From Acidobacteriota bacterium (lineage in GTDB: Bacteria > Acidobacteriota > Terriglobia > Versatilivoradales > Versatilivoraceae), in contig QHZQ01000043.1 in assembly GCA_003224725.1 (NCBI GenBank), positions 18,022 through 56,790 on the forward strand: 38,769 nucleotides of DNA, written 5' to 3'. The notes below the pieces were generated by a model. It made no database searches. It was not told the origin of the DNA and saw only the letters and a program-made list of their open reading frames with translations. This document shows, one piece after another, positions 33,856 to 38,769 of this stretch; within the stretch, counting starts at the first letter, position 1, and every line of letters starts with the position of its first letter. The position numbers were made by a program, and so were the translations under genes.

Positions 33856-34968
33856 ATGAGTGTGAACATGCCTCTCGTCCCGCCATACATAGAGTCGCTC
33901 CTTCCCTACGAACCTGGACGCCAAAGCGAAGAGGTGCGCCAACAATACGGGCTGACGAGGATTGCCAAGCTGGCTTCCAACGAAAATCCGCTAGGGCCTT
34001 CGCCGATGGCAATTAGAGCCATAAGAAAACATCTGGCAGGCTTAAACCTTTATCCCAACGGCGGTTTAGACTTGCGCAACGTGTTGGCACAGCAATTTGA
34101 TCTCGGAGTTGAGAATGTCATTGTCGGGAGTGGCTCAGAGGGAATCATGTCGAATATCATCCGCACATTCCTCTGTGATGAGGATGAAGTGTTGACGACG
34201 GAATCAGCTTTCATTGGTTTCCAGTTACTGGCAAGGTCGCGCGGAGTGAAGTATCGTACGGTTCCGTACAAGGCATGGCATTACGATTTGGAGGGTCTAG
34301 CTTCGCGGGTCAACGAACACACAAAGATCATTTATTTGGCGAATCCCAACAACCCGACCGGCACCATCTTCAGCAAGCACGAGTTCGACGCCTTTTACAA
34401 CCATGTCCCCGAGCGCGTGTTGATTATTCTGGATGAGGCCTACTTTGAATATGCGAAGGATAATCCCCGCTATCCAGACTCGATGCACTATCGGTACGAC
34501 AATGTCATCACCCTTCGGACCTTTTCCAAGATCTATGGCCTTGCCGGTGTCCGTATTGGCTACGGCTTTGCCCACGAAGAACTGATAGCCAACTTGCTTA
34601 AGGTGAAGTTGCCGTTCGAACCGAGTACACTCGCTCAAGCTGCTGGCATTGGTGCATTGACAGACAAGGAGTTTCTCCATCGATCGCTCGAGCTCAACGC
34701 ACGCGGCATTCGTTTGCTCGCCGAATCGCTAGGTCAGATGGGACTCGACTTTGTTCCTTCAGAGGCGAACTTCATCATGATAATACGCAACAGTGACCTG
34801 GAGGCGAATCGGTTGACGACAGAACTGCTCAAGCAAGGTGTCATTGTTAGACCCCTTAAGACGTTTGGACTACCTCACTGCCTGCGCATTTCCACGGGGA
34901 CCGATGAGGAGAATCAGCGATGTGTAGAAGCTTTGAAGAAGGTTTTAGCGGCGGTCATACCGCAATAG
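33856..34968 (+). CDS. hisC: Histidinol-phosphate/aromatic aminotransferase (HisC family, class II)
   Basis: Motifs LASNENPLGPSP and PLP-lysine FSKIYGLAGVRIGY. Its position beside hppD suggests a tyrosine/phenylalanine transaminase role, which is an inference. Confidence 0.88.
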   Translation: MSVNMPLVPPYIESLLPYEPGRQSEEVRQQYGLTRIAKLASNENPLGPSPMAIRAIRKHLAGLNLYPNGGLDLRNVLAQQFDLGVENVIVGSGSEGIMSNIIRTFLCDEDEVLTTESAFIGFQLLARSRGVKYRTVPYKAWHYDLEGLASRVNEHTKIIYLANPNNPTGTIFSKHEFDAFYNHVPERVLIILDEAYFEYAKDNPRYPDSMHYRYDNVITLRTFSKIYGLAGVRIGYGFAHEELIANLLKVKLPFEPSTLAQAAGIGALTDKEFLHRSLELNARGIRLLAESLGQMGLDFVPSEANFIMIIRNSDLEANRLTTELLKQGVIVRPLKTFGLPHCLRISTGTDEENQRCVEALKKVLAAVIPQ

Positions 34969-35068
34969 GATCACATCGAACAGGCGGATTTCTGAGTCAT
35001 CACTGCATCGTAATTTTGTGGGTTGACGTTTGTGCTTTAAGTTAGGGATATGTTTTTTGGGAGAAGTT

Positions 35069-36187
35069 ATGGAGCAATTAGTTCATACGACAAGAAACGT
35101 TGAGAAAGATTTCCTCCCACTGAACGGGACGGACTACATCGAGTTTTACGCAAAGCAGGCGGCTCATTACTATCGCTCAGCTTTTGGGATGACGCTCGTG
35201 GCCTATAGTGGACCGGAAACAAAGACTCGCGACCGGGCCTCTTACGTTCTTCAGCAAGATAAGATAAGGTTTGTTTTGACAACGTCCCTTCATTCCGAGC
35301 ATCCGATCACGCGGCATCTTCTGGTTCATGGCGACGGAGTACATGACATTGCGCTTTGGGTGGACGATGCTGAATCTGCTTATAGAGAAACCACGGGGCG
35401 GGGTGGAAGGGGAGTTTTGGAACCAGTAATACTGAAGGATGAAAACGGGGAGATCAAGAAATCAGCCATCGCTACCTACGGCGATACGATTCATACTTTT
35501 GTGGAGAGGAAAAACTATCGAGGTGTTTTCATTCCCGGGTATATTGCCGTGGAGGGACCGGATGTTGTTTCTCATCCTGTCGGCTTAAAGCACATCGATC
35601 ATGTCGTAGGCAATGTCGGCTCGGGAGAGATGAATACTTGGGTCAAGTTCTACGAAGAAGTCATGGGCTTCCGACTCTATCAACACTTTGACGATAAAGA
35701 TATCAGCACCGAATACTCTGCCTTAATGTCCAAGGTTCTAGCAAACGGAAACGAACGGATCAAATTTCCTATCAATGAGCCTGCCGAGGGAAAACGGAAA
35801 TCCCAAATTGAAGAGTACCTGGAGTTTTACAGAGGACCGGGAGTCCAACACATCGCCCTGGCTACAGACAATATCATTGATACGGTTGCCGCATTGCGGA
35901 AGCAAGGGGTGGACTTTTTGCGTGTGCCACACACCTATTATGCGGATTTGACTAAGAGAGTTGGAAAGATCGACGAACCCATCGAGCGACTTGCCGACCT
36001 CGGCATCCTAGTTGACCGGGACGATGAAGGGTATATGCTTCAAATTTTCACCAAGCCAGTAGAGGATCGGCCTACCCTGTTTTTTGAGGTCATCCAGCGT
36101 AAAGGCAGCCGCAGTTTCGGAAAAGGAAATTTTAAAGCACTGTTTGAAGCCATTGAACGGGAGCAGGCTTTGCGCGGGAATTTGTAA
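35069..36187 (+). CDS. hppD: 4-hydroxyphenylpyruvate dioxygenase
   Basis: Motifs GVQHIALATDNI and FFEVIQRKGSRSFGKGNFKALFEAIEREQ. I prefer the ATG at 35069. Confidence 0.93.
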   Translation: MEQLVHTTRNVEKDFLPLNGTDYIEFYAKQAAHYYRSAFGMTLVAYSGPETKTRDRASYVLQQDKIRFVLTTSLHSEHPITRHLLVHGDGVHDIALWVDDAESAYRETTGRGGRGVLEPVILKDENGEIKKSAIATYGDTIHTFVERKNYRGVFIPGYIAVEGPDVVSHPVGLKHIDHVVGNVGSGEMNTWVKFYEEVMGFRLYQHFDDKDISTEYSALMSKVLANGNERIKFPINEPAEGKRKSQIEEYLEFYRGPGVQHIALATDNIIDTVAALRKQGVDFLRVPHTYYADLTKRVGKIDEPIERLADLGILVDRDDEGYMLQIFTKPVEDRPTLFFEVIQRKGSRSFGKGNFKALFEAIEREQALRGNL

Positions 36188-36245
36188 CAATAATGCTATG
36201 GCCTGGGGCCATCACGCCGTCGCAATCGGCTCTGTTGAGATCTTC

Positions 36246-37238
36246 ATGAAACTGTGTACCTTCGAAGTCGCAACTCATTTGGGAAGACGGCAACGCTTGG
36301 GAGCCGTGACACGGGAGGGGATTGTTGACCTGAACTTTGCTTGTGCCGGGTATCTTTTGAATCAAGGTGAGACTCGCCCTCGTGAGCTTGCCAGCGTGGT
36401 TTTGCCAGACAACATGCTTGAGTTTCTGCAGGGGGGGAGAAGGTCGCTATCCCATGCCACTGAGGCCCTTGAATGGGTCCAGGAGAAGTTGAAATCGGAA
36501 GAGATCCTCCGGGGTATCAATGATGAAACACTCATGTACTCGCCAGACCAAGTTAGGATGCTGGCTCCACTACCGAACCCATTCTCTTTACGCGATTTCT
36601 ATGCCTTTGAAGAGCACGTCAAGAGAGGGTTTGAGAAGCGTGGCGAGCCGATGCCCCAGGAATGGTACGAACTGCCGGTTTACTACAAAGGGGCGCAGCA
36701 TAACATTATTGGTACGGATCAAGACGTCCTTTGGCCGGCGTTCACAAGAAGATTTGATTATGAGCTGGAACTCGCCATGGTCATAGGGAAACAAGGCCGA
36801 AACGTCAAGGCCGAAAACGCCGCGGAATATATCGCTGGCTTTACCGTCATGAATGACTTTAGCGCTCGGGATATTCAGCGCAAAGAAATGAAGGTTCGGC
36901 TCGGACCATCCAAAGGAAAGGACTGGTGCACGGCCATCGGTCCCGTGCTGGTGACGCCGGATGAGATCGGTGACCCCTATAATCTAAGGATGACGGCCTG
37001 CGTCAACGGTGAACTTTGGTCAGCGGAGAATTCCGGTACCATCTATTGGAGGTTTGAGCAGATGATTGAGTTTCTTTCCCAGGACGACACAATTTATCCT
37101 GGTGACCTTATCGGCTCTGGAACAGTCGGGGGCGGCTGCGGACTTGAGCTTGATCGCTGGGTGCGGCCCGGCGATCTTCTCGAACTTGAGATCGAAAAGA
37201 TCGGCATTCTCCGTAACCGGGTGATCCAGGGCAAGTAG
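36246..37238 (+). CDS. Fumarylacetoacetate hydrolase (FAH) family protein, short 330-aa form
   Basis: Motifs ELELAMVIGK, MNDFSARDIQ and GTVGGGCGLE. I prefer the ATG at 36246. The ORF-track start at 36084 overlaps hppD by about 100 nt. Confidence 0.85.
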   Translation: MKLCTFEVATHLGRRQRLGAVTREGIVDLNFACAGYLLNQGETRPRELASVVLPDNMLEFLQGGRRSLSHATEALEWVQEKLKSEEILRGINDETLMYSPDQVRMLAPLPNPFSLRDFYAFEEHVKRGFEKRGEPMPQEWYELPVYYKGAQHNIIGTDQDVLWPAFTRRFDYELELAMVIGKQGRNVKAENAAEYIAGFTVMNDFSARDIQRKEMKVRLGPSKGKDWCTAIGPVLVTPDEIGDPYNLRMTACVNGELWSAENSGTIYWRFEQMIEFLSQDDTIYPGDLIGSGTVGGGCGLELDRWVRPGDLLELEIEKIGILRNRVIQGK

Positions 37239-37278
37239 ACGTGATTTTCGATTCAGATTTGCGGTCAGAGGAGGAATT

Positions 37279-38382
37279 ATGTATCCCCTTAAGAAAGGTA
37301 AGATTTCGACCCAGGCACATGTTGGCTTGCCTGAGGGCACGTTCGAAGAAGAGCATGGCCGCCGCGGATTTTATGGCAAGTCGGCTCATTTGTATCATAC
37401 CCATCCGCCTACAGGGTGGATCCGGTTTGAAGGAAAGCTCAGACCACACTGTTTTGATTGCAACAAGCTGCGACCCACCGATCAACATGATCCTCAAGGA
37501 TCACCCATTGCCTTCCTTGGCAACAATGATGTCAAACTCTACATCTCCCGCCGTTCAGAGCCCATGCCCTTTTACTATCGCAATGCCGATGGAGACGAAC
37601 TGCTGTTTGTTCACCGTGGGAAGGGCACACTGGAGACGGACTTCGGTCCGTTGAGTTTTGAAAAGGGAGACTATATCAATTTGCCACGCGCCGTAACCTA
37701 CAGGGTCATCCCCCAAACAAAAGATAACTTCTTTCTAATTATCCAATCCAAGACTGAATTCGATCAGCCCCAGAAGGGACTCGTTGGGCACCATGCCCTA
37801 TACGATCCCGCAGTCATTACGACGCCGGAGCCTCAGCCGAACCTTGATGACCAACGTGAATGGGAAATAAGAATAAAGGTGGACGATGAATTCTCTTCAG
37901 TGATATACCCCTTCAATCCTATGGACGTGGTAGGTTGGAAAGGCGACCTGACGGTTTGGAAATTAAACATGCGGGACATTTGCCCCATCATGAGTCCCAA
38001 GGCCCATCTTCCTCCGAGCGCGCACACTACCTTTGTCACGGAAGGAGCCGTGGTTTGCACTTTCCTGCCGCGGCCGCTTGAGCAAGACTCACGGGCACTC
38101 AGAGTTCCTTTTTTTCATCGCAACACGGACTATGATGAGTTTCTCTTCTATCATGATGGAAATTTCTTCAGTAAGGATAATATCTCAGCCGGTATGGCAA
38201 CACTCCATCCTCGCGGTATTCATCATGGTCCACATCCCAAGGCTTTGGCGAATCAGGCAAGCAAGGCCTTTACAGATGAACAGGCGGTTATGCTTGACGG
38301 TCTCAACCCATTGCATGTCCTCCCCGCCGGAGAGGCAGTCGAATGGAAGGAGTACTGGATGAGTTGGATGGACAAGAAATGA
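37279..38382 (+). CDS. hmgA: Homogentisate 1,2-dioxygenase
   Basis: Motifs YYRNADGDELLFVHRGKG, FHRNTDYDEFLFYHDG and LHPRGIHHGPHP. Confidence 0.85.
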   Translation: MYPLKKGKISTQAHVGLPEGTFEEEHGRRGFYGKSAHLYHTHPPTGWIRFEGKLRPHCFDCNKLRPTDQHDPQGSPIAFLGNNDVKLYISRRSEPMPFYYRNADGDELLFVHRGKGTLETDFGPLSFEKGDYINLPRAVTYRVIPQTKDNFFLIIQSKTEFDQPQKGLVGHHALYDPAVITTPEPQPNLDDQREWEIRIKVDDEFSSVIYPFNPMDVVGWKGDLTVWKLNMRDICPIMSPKAHLPPSAHTTFVTEGAVVCTFLPRPLEQDSRALRVPFFHRNTDYDEFLFYHDGNFFSKDNISAGMATLHPRGIHHGPHPKALANQASKAFTDEQAVMLDGLNPLHVLPAGEAVEWKEYWMSWMDKK

Positions 38383-38513
38383 AACGTAGAACGTGCAGCC
38401 TGAAATGTGTCGCTCACGACGCTTTACAACGGCATCCCGCCGATTTTCAGGTTCTCACTAATAGCGCTTCCTATGATAGAAATTAGGTCAAGCGGGGGGA
38501 GTGGACTCATTCT

Positions 38514-38769
38514 ATGATCATCAATCCCGGGGAGCATGATTACAGAAATATTTACAAGCTGATGGTCGGGGTGATCGTGCCTCGCCCCATTGCCTTTGTC
38601 TCCACTATTAGTCCTGAGGGGATTCAAAACCTCGCCCCATTTAGTTTCTTTACCGGAATCAGCGCCAATCCTCCTGTAATCTGCTTTTGTCCCATGATCC
38701 GACTGAGCGATGGCTTGAGGAAAGATACGCTACGGAACATTGAGGCCACTAAAGAATTTGTGGTGAATG
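38514..38769 (+). CDS. Flavin reductase-like (FMN-binding split-barrel) protein, truncated at its 3' end by the window
   Basis: MIINPGEHDYRNIYKLMVGVIVPRPIAFVSTISPEGIQNLAPFSFFTGISANPPVICF... The ORF runs off the window end, so it is absent from the ORF track. Confidence 0.7.
   Translation, partial: MIINPGEHDYRNIYKLMVGVIVPRPIAFVSTISPEGIQNLAPFSFFTGISANPPVICFCPMIRLSDGLRKDTLRNIEATKEFVVN

Noticed and set aside
33690-34016. 108-aa plus-strand ORF overlapping the start of the aminotransferase gene
   Set aside because: It overlaps hisC by about 160 nt in another frame. Its composition is Arg/Ala/Ser-rich and atypical, while hisC has strong motifs.
38424-38627. 67-aa minus-strand ORF at the right edge
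   Set aside because: It is antisense to a much better plus-strand reading frame (38514 to the window end) with clear flavin-reductase-like motifs.
1-38769. CRISPR arrays, transposases/integrases, prophage or defence-island signatures
   Set aside because: I saw no regularly spaced direct repeats, no recombinase or transposase motifs in any ORF, and no flanking tRNA or long terminal inverted repeats. The window looks like core chromosome.

Overview
This window reads as a chromosomal, mainly housekeeping segment. It is probably from an Acidobacteriota-like bacterium. That is an inference from two 'VWFA-related acidobacterial' style VWA proteins and several secreted proteins with carboxypeptidase-regulatory-like domains. 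I saw no rRNA, tRNA, CRISPR array, transposase or integrase.

Gene content, left to right:
- a VWA protein and moaE-moaD
- a cold-shock-domain gene
- an incomplete, interrupted NADH dehydrogenase cluster: nuoA-[DHH phosphoesterase]-nuoD-F-G-H-I, lacking nuoB/C/E/J-N
- a NUDIX hydrolase, a hotdog thioesterase and a thioredoxin-like 2Fe-2S ferredoxin with an in-frame stop at codon 5
- a membrane protein that looks like a polyprenol-kinase-like/DUF92 fusion, and an SDR epimerase
- a REC/HD-GYP regulator divergent from a fliA-type sigma factor, which has a candidate sigma-54 promoter and a perfect palindrome upstream
- a tandem GNAT gene broken by two compensating frameshifts
- a hybrid histidine kinase / NtrC-type regulator operon followed by a 72-aa stand-alone DHp (H-box) protein
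- yqeY
- a LysW amino-group-carrier cluster (lysW-lysX-lysY ... lysZ) split by two secreted-protein genes; the 53-aa lysW is absent from the supplied ORF track
- an orphan acidic protein
- an OmpA coiled-coil protein plus a VWA protein pair
- a PilZ-like protein
- a homogentisate-pathway tyrosine catabolism cluster (aminotransferase-hppD-FAH-hmgA)
- a truncated flavin reductase gene at the right edge

The most unusual candidates are the DHp-only mini-protein in the two-component operon, the kinase-like/DUF92 fusion, the interrupted nuo and LysW clusters, and the sigma-54-to-fliA regulatory region. All family calls rest on motifs read by eye. No searches were run.
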